Source of the DNA: Eledone cirrhosa
Lineage: Eukaryota
Assembly: GCA_964016885.1 (NCBI GenBank)
Contig: OZ024746.1
Span: 85,498,001-85,562,000 of the forward strand
Length of the DNA: 64,000 nucleotides
Direction: 5' to 3'
The notes beneath the pieces were generated by a model. The model worked only from the letters and a program-made list of their open reading frames with translations. It had not been told where the DNA came from and made no database searches. Below, piece by piece: positions 25,259 to 39,000 of the stretch (position 1 is the first letter of the stretch; every line of letters begins with the position of its first letter). Both the position numbers and the translations under genes were made by a program.

Positions 25259-25474
25259 CAAAAGGCAAACAAATTACAAAGCAAACGACACTGAAGAAAT
25301 ATATTATTAGTTTTACGCTTGATATAGTAGGAAAAGAGTCTTGAAGTTTCGGACGCTAGTCCTTCATCAGAAAATAGAATGAACAATTAAAGAAATAGAA
25401 AGATTGAGGAGACGGGCAGTGGCGGAGAGGAGAAGAAACAGGTCTATTCTCTTCGCTGTATATAGATAGGTATT

Positions 25475-25475
<1 letters not shown>
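25259..25475 (-). mobile_element. Solo Penelope-like pLTR between two microsatellite blocks
   Basis: About 215 bp of unique, CpG-retaining sequence containing a hammerhead core, flanked by (TA/TG)n on both sides. Confidence 0.6.
25337..25374 (-). ncRNA. Minimal type-I hammerhead ribozyme
   Basis: Minus strand reads tttt CTGATGA A GGAC tagc GTCC GAAAC TTC aaga. Core boxes are intact, stem II is 4 bp and a short stem I is possible; stem III is TTC rather than GTC. Confidence 0.7.
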
Positions 25476-25515
<40 letters not shown>

Positions 25516-26197
25516 ATGTATGTGTGTGTGTGTATGTATGTATGTATGTATATATATGTGTGTGTGTATGTATATATATGTGTGTGTGTATGTATATATA
25601 TGTGTGTGTATATATATATATATATATATGTGTGTGTATGTATATATGTGTGTCTACATACACATATATATGTGTGTATATATATATATATATGTCTGTG
25701 TGTGTGTATGTATATATATATGTGTATGTATGTATATATGTGTATATATATATATATGTGTATATATATATATGTGTGTATATATGTATATATATGTATA
25801 TGTGTATATATATATATATGTGTATATATGTATATATATGTATATGTGTATATATATATATATGTGTATATATATATATGTGTGTATATATGTATATATA
25901 TGTATATGTGTATATATATATATGTGTGTATATATGTATATATATGTGTATATATATATATGTGTGTGTATATATGTATATATGTGTATATGTATATGTG
26001 TGTATCTATATATATGTGTGTATGTATATATGTGTGTATGTATATGTATATGTGTGTGTATGTGTGTATGTATATGTATATGTGTGTGTGTATGTATGTA
26101 TATATATATGTGTGTATGTATATATAGGTATGTATGTATATGTGTGTGTATGTATGTATATTCATACATATGAGTATGTATGTATGTATGTATATAT
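25476..26197. repeat. Compound (TA/TG)n microsatellite
   Basis: Directly visible. Confidence 0.97.
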
Positions 26198-26864
26198 AAA
26201 CACCAAAAAATATGGGCGTGCACATCGCCCCTATGTCCTATACAGTGCTATTTGGAATTATCTTACTAATAATTACTAACTAGATACTAAAACGAAACCA
26301 CTGTTCGTCCAACTTGACCATCAAATATCATCTGTTGCTGATAAACGTTTCATCTTATTTACTGTCAGAACGATGTCTTTATGAGAGCGCAGTGAGACAC
26401 ACGTACAGACACACACACACATATATATATATATATACATACAGGCAGACACGCACACATTTGCTTGTGTTTTTGCTGCCGGCTGTGTTGATTTTTGACT
26501 AACAGCATTTAGTTAAAATGCACGATCTGTAATTGAAATAATGACCTAATTGTATTATTTTTAACTTCACCAGATTAAAATCCAGTGAAGAAGTATCAAT
26601 CAATCTCTCTCTCTCTCGCCGTCCACCGATGTCTTTATCCCCCCCCCCCCCCCTCCTCTCTCTAGAGAGCTGTCCCTCTATCCAGCCATCCACAACTTAC
26701 CCATCCACAAACAATCCATCCATCTATATAACTCTCCATCCAGCCATTAATCTATCTATCCAACCTATCTATCCAGCTATCAATTCATTTATCTATCTAA
26801 CTATCCAACCAGCCATCAGTTTATCTGACCAACCATTCATAAATTCATCTGTCTATCCATTTCG

Positions 26865-27462
26865 TACACTGCCCGGGCGTTACCGACCTGTGGGGCTATG
26901 TAGAACGACTATTATCGCGGGTGGGACCAATCCGGTTGACCACCGAGTCCATTGTCATGATCAAACCGCCACCCTCCTTCAAAAACGAAGGAGAGGCGGT
27001 TTTCCTTTGTGTGATAGCTCTGGCGAAAGAGGTTGTATGGTGGACGATGTTAAAAGGGCTGGGGTCAGACACCTTTCTCTCCGGCCAACAACTGATTCTT
27101 TTTTTCAAATACCACTTTAGAAGAAGAATCAGGATGGAGAGAGAGGTGCTGTACCCCAGTAAGTTTTATGAAAGGTGGGTGAAAGTGGCGAAAATGGGCC
27201 TTCTCTCTATATCAGCCTGTAGGTTCAGGAAAAAGAGTTAGAGAGGAAAGGGGTACTCACCCTTCGTACTCCTGGAGATGAGGATTGCACATTTTTTCGG
27301 GGATATGTCTTACCCATATGTAATGTCTCCCCCTATTGGGGAAAATCGATTGATTTTTTTAAATTGCATTTGTGATAGTATTTTACACGTTTTTATTGTA
27401 TGTAAACTTCCCCTTTTGTATTTGTCTTCTTCTTTTGTGCCCCTGTGGCTAATAAAGAAACA
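26865..27462 (+). mobile_element. Tx1/L1-like LINE 3' end with 3' UTR
   Basis: AVFLCVIALAKEVVWWT..FFKYHFRRRIRMEREVL..FYERWV resembles the C-terminus of Tx1/L1 ORF2; a T-rich UTR ends AATAAAgaaa. Confidence 0.6.
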
Positions 27463-27639
27463 TATCTATTTATCAATCCATCAATTCACCCACCCAACCA
27501 CTTTTCCTTGCTTGCATGGTTTGGTAGCAGTTGAACAATGTTGAGTGAAGAGAACAATTTAGTTTTGCTGGTGACCTAATGATCTCTCTACCACAATAAA
27601 ATGCCCAGCCTCCCTCCACTTGTCAGCATTCCTTTGCCA

Positions 27640-28535
27640 TCTTCTCTGTGAGTTTCATTGTTTTGAGATCAGCTCTAACTACCTCTGTCCAGTTTTTCCT
27701 TGGTCTTCCTCTAATGCAGCTGCCTTCCACCAACATCTCCTGGCACTTCTTTACTTAGGATTCACCATTCATACACATCACATGTCCATACCTGTGCAGT
27801 CTTCTTTCTTGCGCACTACTTCTGATCCCTCTTATATCCCCCTTTTCAGTTCATCCACACCATTGTTCATGCATAATAACATTACACATCCAGTGGAGCA
27901 TGCTCACTTCATTTCTCTCTAGGGTCTGCATATCCATTTACTGCCCATGTTTCACTGCCATGCAACATTGCATTTCTTATGCAGGTATCCAGGCATCATA
28001 CAATCTACTGCTCGGAGACAAAAACCCCTCTGTTGTCAACAGTTTAAACAATGTTTATTTTATCATGCTTTCAGAACCATCTCATCCATTGCTAATTATA
28101 CCATCTAAGTAACAGACACTATTAACTACTTCCTTGGGATTGAAAAAGCTTATCTCATTAGTGCTCTTACTTCCAATTACCCCTGTGTATCTGCCACATG
28201 TAAAGTTTATCTTTTCTGTCAACCTGCTCCAATCCCTCTACACCTCTTATGTACCCATACTTTGCATCATATACAGTTCTTACCTACTCCTTGTAGGTAA
28301 AAACTCTTGTCTTCTTTCTTACTTATCATAACTTTGGTTTTTGCTTGGTTTGCAGTGAGCCCTCTTGATTCTAAGTTCTGTTTCCACAACATGAATTTTT
28401 TCTCTAGCTCTTCCATAGATTTCACTATTTGAACTAGGTCATCAGCATACAGAAGTTTCCATGGAAGGGAACTGATAATTGAGCCCTGATAAACATTACC
28501 TACTCTCACTTTACTGATTGGGGTACTCTTCAAAG
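27640..28535 (-). mobile_element. RTE LINE RT fragment, decayed
   Basis: VGNVYQGS..LPWKLLYADDLVQI..EELEKKFMLWKQNLESRGL..KTKVM. Confidence 0.85.
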
Positions 28536-30164
28536 GCTTTTCCAGATCTACATAAGTTAGGTATAGCAGCTTACACTTAGCTAGGGACTTCTTAGTTGTC
28601 TCATTAAGAAGAAAGCATCTGTGATACTCTTTCCTGAAACAAAGCCAAACTGTATCTCATTTAATTTGGCTTTTACCTTATCTATTTACCCATCCATCTA
28701 TCTAGCCATCCACACATGCACCCATTCAGTCATTCACTTAACTGTCCTGCTAACTATCTTTTTAATTCTATCTATCTATCTAACTATCTGTCTGTTACCC
28801 TCCCTTTGTCTATTTATATGTCTGTCACTCTATGTCTGTCAGTTTGTCTGATGACTCTCAGTCAAGTTGATCTAATTATATGTCTGTCTGTCTGTCTGTC
28901 TGTCTATATATATATATATGTCTTGTGTGTGTGTGTAGTAACTAGACACATGAACCTCACAAGCCACATCTTAATTCATCTAATTGGATCATTTGTTCAC
29001 TGATAGTGCTCTACAACTAATTAGAAAAATTAGTTGGGGCTATGACCAATGTCTATGTAAAATAAATAAAGAGAAAGAATAAATTTTAAATATACCGATA
29101 TATATAGAAAATATTTATTTACATTAACCCTTCCATTGCTGTATTTCTAAGGAAATATACTGCCTATGTGTTTTTAGTGATTTTGAAAATAAATATTTGG
29201 AGGAATATAATGAAATAATTAAGCTGATAGTTAGAACATTACTTAACAAAACTTTCTTAAATAGAATTATATTGGAAAGGTTTAATATAAGTATAAACAT
29301 TTTAAAGTGATCAGTTTATATAATAAATGTAGGGGGGTTTCAGGATATGTTAGAAAACATGAAGTACTTAATAAGTGATTTATGTGGTAACTAGACATAC
29401 TTGAATCCCACAAAGCACATTTTAATTCATCTATTTGAGGCATATATTCACTGAGAGTACTCCACAACTAATTAGAATTTTAAAAAAGTTGAATGCTATA
29501 ATTATACTCTCTCTTTTGCACTTAGACAGAGCTAATTATGGCATATTATGGTGTTGAGTTCTTTAATTTGGATTCATAACCACATGGTCTTGAATCATAT
29601 CACTCTGTAGAAAAGTGGAGCCTTGGGTCAACCAAAGCCTTGTGAGTAAATTTGGCAGATGAAAACTTTAAGGCCTCTGCTTTAGTTTCCACCATCACAT
29701 TCTTAATTGCCCCTTCCTCATCCAACCCATGCCAGCATGGAAAGATGGGTGTACACCACAAGGTATTGCTAGCTATTACTCTTTGCAACAAAAGCTAGGT
29801 ATAGCAGCTTACACTTAGCTAGGAACTTCTCTTGTAATTGTCTCATTAAGAAGAGAGGATCTTCTCACTCCCTGTTCTCATCTTACACACTGCCTTTCTT
29901 CGCTTGGCTGAGGACACATGTGCCCTAGTATTGTAACATGGTAATGATGGAAATACAATAAAATGGACTTAGCCCACTCTATAAAGTGGCAGTGTTGGTG
30001 CCACAATAGAATGCACCTAGCCCATACTGTAAAGTGGTAGTGTTGGTACTACGATAATATGCACCTAGGCCCACACTGTAAAGTGGCTGGTACTAGGAAT
30101 TACATCTAGCTGTAGAATCCATGCCAAAATGGTCATCTGACCTGTCTAATCCCATGTCTTCCTA

Positions 30165-30975
30165 GGTCTACCTCGCCTATGAGTCCCATCCACTGAGATT
30201 TCTATGCATTTTTTTATACAGCTGTCATCTTCTATATGCATCGCACATCCATACCATTCTCTCTGGCACATTGCAGAAAAACTCTTTTATACAGATATTT
30301 TCTCTCAGCCTACTTATGTTATACTGTTCAGGCACACAAATATAACACATAGGTCTTCTCAAGTCAAAGATCATGTCTCACTGCCATGTAGCCTATCCTT
30401 CACTGTTAGGAAGAATCCCTTTTTTGTCAGCGGGGGCATCAGTTCTCTAAACTCCTAAACCATTCTTATTCTAGCTACTACATATTCAGTGCATCCTTCT
30501 CCATTGCTGATTAGGTCATCTAGGTAACAAAAACTCACTAACTAGGAAGCTTGTCAGGTAAATGAAGCAATTTATTTCACATGTAATCTTAGTGCTTACA
30601 TTTATGCATCTGCTGCATACAAAGTCTATCTTCTCTGTTAACTTGCCTGTCGTCCCACTGTGTCATTTGTGCATCCATAGATTACACTGTGTGCATTTTA
30701 CGTAATTTCTGCTCATCCTTTTTTGGCATATTAAACAAGGCCACTTCCTTGCTACTTTTAACAGTACCTTAACTTTTATAAAGTTTATTTTTAGACCGTT
30801 TGGATCTAGTTTCTTTTTTCCATGTCTGGAATTTCGTCTGTAACTCTTCTACAGATTCAGCTATAAGGACTATAGGAGTACCCATAGAGTATCGGTTTTA
30901 AACCCCCCTGCTATGGTTTGGAGAACGATGATAAACAGAAGTGGACTAAGTGCTGAAACCTGGTGGACTCCCATA
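30165..30975 (-). mobile_element. RTE LINE fragment, decayed
   Basis: GVHQVSALSPLLFIIVLQ motif at about 30915-30972 and downstream similarity to other RTE copies. Confidence 0.75.
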
Positions 30976-31574
30976 AGGGTTGGGAGGACCCTTCAGTTGT
31001 GTCAAGGACATGACAACCTCCCTAATGTTGGTGATCTACACAATAAAAGTATCCAGTACATGCTGTAAAGTGGTTAGTGTTAGGAAATGCATTCAACTGT
31101 AGAAAAGGTTGGGATGACCCTCCAGTAGTGTCAATGACAACAACTCTAGTGCTAGTGCCATAATAAAATGCACTTGGTATAGGCGAAATTGTATGTAAGC
31201 AAGATGTCAAACTGAAGCAGAGCCTGACTGGGAAGTCAATGGCTCTGCTTCAGTACTGATTTGGTCTGAAGATGCATCCAATCCTTGTTAACTGAGAAAG
31301 TAGATGTTAAATGATGATGATGATGATAATATATTTATATGTATATATATGAGTGAAAATGAAATTTACATTTACATGTAAATTTAGCTGTCCTAATATG
31401 GGATTGCATCTCATAGTTTCTTGGGTGTTTTGATGATAGGAGCACCAGTCCTGTCATAAAAGCAATGAAAAATGAAGCGGTTGCTCAAAAATACATTTTG
31501 CTCATACCAACAACCCCCTGATCGAGGGTTCAACACCCTAATCATCAGCCTTCTATTTATCAAAATCCTCCATC

Positions 31575-32440
31575 CGATAACAGATGACTTTGTAGAGTTG
31601 AATTTGTAGTAGAGTTAGAGAAGAAATTCCAGTCATGGAAACAAAACCTGGAATTTGATGGGCCTCAAAGTTACCTTAGCAAAGACTAAAGTTATGATGC
31701 CGTCATGGAAATGACCATATTCAATATAGAGAAAGAGAGTAATGAGGAATTCCATACTCTATATCCAGTGTAAGTTATGGACATACTAGGAATGTAGTGA
31801 GATTAGTCATGCTTATATAGAATGTAGAATTTAAATGCAGCAGATGAACAAGTGCACCAAGCACTGAGAGTACATTAAAAATACATACTTTCCAATGCTT
31901 GGACAGTCCCCTAGAAGTAGTTGACATCTTTTATTACATGGATGTCTTAATTAGCAGTAGAGGAGGGTGTTCTGAAACCATAGCAGCTAGAATAAGAACC
32001 AGATGGGAAAAGTTCAGGGAGCTATTGGTGAATGGAATGTTATTTGATACTTGTGTATGAAATGTAATGTTTGGTAACAAAACACGGGTCTTGAATGGAG
32101 AGGATTTATAAATACTTGAAGGAAACAAAGCAAGTGTGCTTTGGTGGATGTGTAATGTTAATGTACGTAAATGATGAAACACAAATGAACAGAGAGAAAA
32201 GGTGTGCATTAGAGGAGTCAAATGTAGTGTGCAAGGGAGAAAACTATGCTGGTGTGGGAATGTGATATGTATGGTGGATGATGCCAGCTTTGTGAAAGAG
32301 GAAGAAAGACCTAGGAAAATATGGGATGAAGTGGTAATACCTCACAACATTGATGGCAAATGACCGTGACAATTGATGACCTCAGTGCTAGATAAGAATT
32401 GCTCTTGGGCAAGCTTAGAAAAATGTATGTTAAAATGGTG
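31575..32440 (+). mobile_element. RTE LINE 3' half, heavily decayed
   Basis: GLKVTLAKTKVM and ARIRTRWEKFRELL motifs; tail aaaatgtatgttaaaatggtg. Confidence 0.7.
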
Positions 32441-33759
32441 GTAGTGTTGGAGGCTGGGAGCTATATTTTCATATGGTTATGTCTATATTTGCTGCCCACA
32501 TAATGACAACTGTCTTTAGTCCTGTCTGGATTAAATACCATAAACCTTATCAGTCTACATCCTTGTCCCATCCATCATGATGGTTATATATGAGGCATGC
32601 ATTACATCTGTTTACACTCCATACCTCCTACCATCATTCTTTACGCTGCAAACCATCGCTCCCTCTCCCCAAGACATGAATGTCCATCACTCACCTATCA
32701 TCCATCACTTGCTTTCTCACTCATCTGCAAACATGAAGCTACCATTATTCGTCCCCAGTACTATGTCTTCCATTAGTCCCAACACTACACTGTCTTATCC
32801 ATCATATTCTTACTCTCTTCTCCCATCACTGCCACTCCTCTATTACTCTCTCCAACACAGTCGATCTCCCATTTCCACCCTCTGCTATCCCTCACTTCAA
32901 ATCATTCTGTCTCTTCCACCATACTTTCACTCAATTGGTAGCAATTGAACAGAAACAATGTTGAGTTAAGAGAACACTTTAGTTTTACTGGTGACCTAAT
33001 GATCTCTCTAGTGCTGGTACTACAATAAAATACTACCAGTGTGTTCTGTAAAGTGGATGGTGTTACAGTGAGCACTCAGCCATAGAAACATACCACAATT
33101 GGAATTTACAACCAAGAGATGATTCCCCAACCCATTTTGCCTACATATACTCTAGTTTTGGTTTGGTTTCTACAACTATCATCATCTAATTTAAAGTTTC
33201 CTTGTCAGCCTGTATTAGACAGGCTATTATATTATGAAGCCAGACAGATCAGGTAACCAGATTTTGCACATGTGCTTCATTTTTGGCTTGGTTTTCTATG
33301 GCTCAGTACCTTTTTATCATGGCATCAGGGTAGATTGGGAAATTTTTGTTGTAGTACTAACATGACTATCTTACTGGGTTGACAATGCACTTTTTGGTGT
33401 GGCACTAGCATGGCTACCTTACAGGGTGGACTGGATGCATTTTGTCATGGCACTAAACAATCCTCTCACAGGGTGGACTGGATAGGTTTTACCATGTAAA
33501 AATGAGAGAGCAAGCATCATGTTACATGTTGCTTGCTATGGGAGTAAGAAAGCAATCAACATATGGTGGTGGCCTTGAAAATGAAAAGAGTAAGTTGTGA
33601 TTGGCAGTATGTTGGAATGTGTCCAGCTGTCTATGCATGGGCTGGACACATGGGTATGTGTGCTAATGGTGTTGGTGGTGAATAAACACCAGAATCATCA
33701 TTAAAAACCTATTTTCCATGCCTGCATTTATATACAGGTCTTGTAAAGAAATATTTTTG

Positions 33760-34090
33760 CAAAACCTCAGGTGATTGTTGCCTCATGGTTGCAGTGGAAG
33801 ACTTGTGAATATGTTATCCCAGAGGATAGTAAGACTGAAAGAGCCAGTCCAACTAACTGGGTTCATTCTTATAATGGGTATCTCTATTCTGGTCTCAGTC
33901 AGCAGGGAGGTGGTTTGGGGACCCAGGTCACTAGATGTTTCCTCCATCTAACCCTCCTGGGTTAGATGATAAACTTATTGGAGAGCAGCCGGTACTTTAA
34001 CAGCTTGCAATCCTCTGGTGATGGAGCATGGGTTTGATGCTGAATTCACTGGCTTGCTGCTGGAGAATGTTTTGCTGCAAGTTGCATCCC
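33760..34090 (-). mobile_element. RTE (Expander-like) 3' fragment
   Basis: Reverse complement resembles 58825-59140. Confidence 0.55.
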
Positions 34091-34776
34091 ATCATCATCG
34101 TATTCATCATCTTTTAACATGTATTTTCCCTGCTAGCGAGGATTGGATAGATCATCACAACCAAGCTAGTACTGAAGCGAAGCTGCTGATCATTCAGATG
34201 GACTGTGTGCCTGCTTCATGCTTACATACGCCCCTGCACTCTACCGAGTGCATTTTATCATGATATATATACACATGGGGTGTCTACAGTGTGATGACCG
34301 GGAAGATCGCAAATCAGCGTAGTACTTGATGCATGCTGAAGATGCAGAATAGGTATATTGATTACCCTTGAAAAAGCTTGTGTAAATAAGTTGAAACAGC
34401 TGGGGTCACTGTTGGGATTCTACCTCTTCAATATATATATATATATGTATGTAAATGACAGTACTAGAACTGTTTCATCATTTCTGATGATTTCATTAGT
34501 TCTGTAGAATATATAAAATAAATATGCATCTTCTCTACTAATGCATTTGGTAACTTATTTAACTGTAGTTACTTTCTGATCCTCTTTGAAAAACTAGGCT
34601 TAGGAAGACCCTCCAGTTGTGTCAAAGACATGAAAACCTTTGTAGAACATGGCACTCTATGTAAGCAAGATGCGAACCCCTGGCCTGTTTGGGCAGTCAG
34701 TAATGACTCAGTCTGTGAAGACCCATCCAACCCTTGCTAGCAGGGAAAGCAAACATTAAATGATGATATATATATA

Positions 34777-35530
34777 CACGAGTTGTGTTAGAAAAGTAAC
34801 AGGACTTAGTGTGCTGTGTGAGCTATGAGTGGGGTAGTGATTAGTGGGTTTCATTACTGTGTGACATAATATCTATGGATTATGTAACTGCAATCTCAGC
34901 TCTCTGCAGCCATTGTATGTTTTTCCATGTGCTTTTTTTTTAACAGCTCTTCGATTTTAGGCCGTCGAGCAATGGGCCCAGAACAACGAACCAACCTGAA
35001 GTTTCTGGTCTGGCTGGGGAAAGTCCTTCAATGAGCAGGACTGTGGCCAACGTTGAGCGTGTGAGGCAGGTGATGCGTGGCAATTGTCAGCTGACTGTTC
35101 AACTGATCAAAATAAGCTGGGCATGAACCGTGACAGCATTTGGAAAATTATCATCAAAGATTTGGTCATGTGGAAGATGTGTGTGAAAAGCATCCTTCAG
35201 TTCCTGGCTGAGAACATTGTCATGCTGGAGTAACCTTCTTACTCACCCAACGTGTGATTTTTTTTTCCTTTCCTTAAGCTCAAAAGGGTTATCAAGGGGA
35301 CCTGTTATCTGGATGTGCAAGCCATCAAGACGGCCATGACGATGGAGCTATGGTGAGTCCCAGGATGAACCTTCCAGGAGTACATGGAAGCGTGGCGGAG
35401 AAAGATGGGAAAGTGCGTTAGACTGGGGGGGGGGGGATTATTTCGAAAGCGAAAACTTGTAGTTTGTTATTTGAATTTGAAATTTCTTTTTTGTGATCCC
35501 AGTCCTGTTTTCTTTCTGACACATCTCGTG
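34777..35530 (+). mobile_element. Internally deleted mariner element (second family)
   Basis: TIRs cacgagttgtgttagaaaagtaacaggact / agtcctgttttctttctgacacatctcgtg with TA flanks. Remnants EQRTNLKFLVWLGK, NVERVRQVM and PSYSP..KLKRVIKG. Confidence 0.88.
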
Positions 35531-35707
35531 TATGTGTGTGTGTGTGTCAAGTTGGACAGGTCATCTACTGACGGTGTCTGTAATGATCCATCCAACCTTT
35601 GCTAGCAGGGAAAATTGACATTAAATGATGATGATATGGATGTATATATTTTAACAAGAGAAGAGACAAAAATGCTTCAAGTGACTTCTCTATACGAAGT
35701 GTATATA

Positions 35708-36008
35708 AAATAATTGTTTCTACTTTTGGCACAAGGCCAGCAATTATCTCAGTGTATTACTGGTATATAAAATAATTGTTTCTACTTTTGGCACAAGGCC
35801 AGCAATCAGCCAGTACATTACTGGTACTATAAAATAATTGTTTCTACTTTTGGCACAAGGCCAGCAATTATTTCACTGTATTACTGGTACTTTATTTTAT
35901 CGACCCCGTAAGGATGAAAGGCAAAGTTAACCTCGGCGGGATTTGAACTCAGTCCGTAAAGGGACGTAACTGTGCTGCAAAGCATGGCGTCCGACCCTCC
36001 ACCGATAA
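35708..36008 (-). mobile_element. Nin-domain SINE with triplicated 3' tail
   Basis: Three tandem copies of aaaataattgtttctacttttggcacaaggccagcaat..ttactggta; the last continues into the SINE body. Confidence 0.85.
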
Positions 36009-39000
36009 TGCATTCTGAGTATGGTGAGTAAAAAAAATTCAAGCAGCTGAATCTATCCTCGCAATATGAAGACGCAAACACCCTCGTGGAGGTTGAAATG
36101 TTGTGAAGAAAGCAAGAGAGAGAACTGAACTCGTCCACATTTTTCGATTGTATATATTTGTGATTATGTTCTGTGTTGTGTCAAAAATGACAACGTAACT
36201 GATCCATAAATATAGATCGAAAAAAAACGACAACATATAAGTACCTGACTGAAGACATTTTGATGAACTATATAAAGGCGGTGCCCCAGCGTGGCCGCAC
36301 TATTACAGCTGAAATCAATAAAAGAATAAATAGACAAGTGTGTATGTGTGTATTAATGTGGCCTAAATTGTCATGAATGTCTCAGTGCTTTGTATTTTTC
36401 TGTCTTCTCATTTTGGAGCGTTAGAGTGAGTTGGGTGGTGTTGAGTGTAGTTGGGACTGGGAAATGTTGATGAAATGAATTTCAAACTAATATATTGGGT
36501 GTCAGGTAGTGATGGTGCTAGTGGGAGTAGTGATAGTGGTAGTAATGTTGCCGGTGAAATGGCGTATGGAAAAAAACAACAAACAAACAGGTGTTCTATG
36601 TGATACCTACACTTTTTATCAAGTTTGAAAAGCAAAGCAAAGAAAGGAAGCGAATCTTTGTTGGGGGAAAGTAGTAGGTCATCATATACTACTGATACCA
36701 GTTGTTTGTTACGAACTGACGAAGCAATGTCCTATTTCGTCGTTTGACCTGCTAGAAATAGCAGGTCAAACGACGAAAGAAGGTCAACATTGGAGAATGT
36801 AGTGTTACATAGCCCTAAAAAAAGAAGATAGTGACGGCTCAGATGCCTTTATTTATAATGTTTCTCTGGCTCAATCAGCGTTGACCTGAGGTTAAATGAT
36901 AACACCAATAATTTGATCATTAGAGTTGTTAGAAGCAGCAGCTAAATCTCCCTCAAATTGCTCCTCACATAGTTAAAGATACACTTATGCCTGAAAAAAA
37001 AAAAAAGGATTTGGATGGTCAGTGTTGGAAAGCCTTTCATGATAGGTCTACAGTAATAAGGGAAGAACAACGTATTATAGAATGTAATCTTAGATTTAAA
37101 GAGAGAAAGGATGACCTGTAGCTAAACCACAACACACATTTATAATATTTCTGAATCTATAACACGAACCATTGTAATACAATATTTCCCGTGTATAGTC
37201 GCTGATGAAGATGTGGTGGTAGTGATGTAATGGCTTGGCTTCAGCCAGTGTCCCCACCATATATAAAGAACTCTAAATCAATAAATAATACGCAAGGGCA
37301 CTGATGAAATGTTTACCATGATGCCTCGTACAAGCTTAATCCTCCCCTGCCTGTGTTTTCTCCCCTTACCTGCTTTTTTAAAAAGATTTAAGGTAAATTG
37401 GAAATCCCTCGTCGTTATTTTATTCAGACGACGATTAGAGAGAGAGATAACAGACAGACAGACAGTACCGGCTTGAAACACCTATAGTCGCTGTACACGT
37501 GTACAAAAATTATACTAGTAAGTCGTGCTTTTCATACATGACCTAGTAACAGTTGTTGGGGTGAGATAGATAGGAGTAGAGGTAATATGACGACGACGAC
37601 AACATAGTTCATCATTCTTTTCTTTTTTATCTAGTTTCAGTCGCTAAACTGCAGCAATGTCGGAGCTTTGATTTAGTTGATTCAATCCAGTACTTATTTT
37701 TTCAAGTTTGGTACTTATTTTATCGATTTATTTTTGTTGAATTGCTAAGATAGTGGACATGATCACAAACACGAATCAGCTCCCTCCCCTCGTCCACAAG
37801 TTGAACGTTGAACTTCATAAACATGTGCAGAAATTAACTCAATTAAACAAATAAAAAACAACTTTTTTTTCATTTTCTAAAAACAGAAAACTAAAAAAAA
37901 TACAGTACTAGTACTAATTTTCAGTACTAGTACTAATTTTCATATTTACTTGTAATATTTTTTAATCACAAACTTTATCCAATGATTATTGCAGTACTTG
38001 GGAGTGTTGGTGACACGATGAAAAAGTACCCAGTCCAACCTGTCAGTTGGTCGTTTTGGTGCCATGATAAAATAGACGTTAAACGGTGATGATGATAGAG
38101 AGTATCAGAAAAAAAGTAACATAGCCTATGACTTTCTCATTGAAAGGATGTGGCCCTTTGCAAAAATTCAGCTGTAGTCTATGTGGAACATACATATATA
38201 CACTTTTATATATTAAGAAAATCATATTGAAATTATTATTAAATAAGATTTTGGTTTTTTGTTATTGTTGTACTCTGGTCAAGTTGACCTATGACCATTT
38301 TGTCTTATTTTCAGACGGTTTATCTAGGTACATTACCTATCTAACATGTCCTTTAAAAGACGGTAGGGGGTGTGATTTGAGTTAAATTTGACTTGTTATT
38401 TTGTAGCAGGTTGAGTTTCCACTTAGAGGCTCACCCCCTCCTTTAGCTTGGTAGGGTCCTAGCATATCAAGCCTGTGTCCCATGTGTTGAAGCTTTTATC
38501 ATTTTACTTTATAATGATGAAGACTAACCTTTATATATAGAATGAAGTTAACATTATCTTTATATTAAAAAAAGGAAGCAACTAGAATGTCATAAGCAAT
38601 ATTTCCCTCTTCAATAACTCAGCATTTTTAGACATGCAAAAAACAAACAAACAAATATCACTCATTGAGCAGATCTATGATAAAAGGTGTTCTAGTTAAG
38701 CCTATCCAACCTTATTTACACACATTGCATGTATGTCTACATTATTAGCTGTGGGCCAACACTTGGGGAAAATAAATTGTTTGTGAACCTGGCCTTCCAA
38801 GGTCAAATGAATGCTGAAGTAGTATATATATCAGATACCCCCCCACACACACACTGTGTGCCTATGGCAAGGGTAGCTATTGTTGTTAATCACTGATTAA
38901 GCAGATCTATGATCAAAAACATTCTAACCAGCCCATTTTTTAAACAGTGTATCTTGGACTACATTGCTTAATATGTCCTGTTTTGTTTTAAGACAAGCAG

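Noticed and set aside
23861-26279. Long ORFs of 200-466 aa rich in Y/I/H/T/V/C/M
   Set aside because: Translations of (TA/TG)n microsatellite, which lacks stop codons; open in many frames on both strands.
26330-26385. Possible hammerhead (GAAACGTT on the minus strand); also CTGAAGG at about 2154
   Set aside because: No intact CUGANGA box with correctly placed stems.
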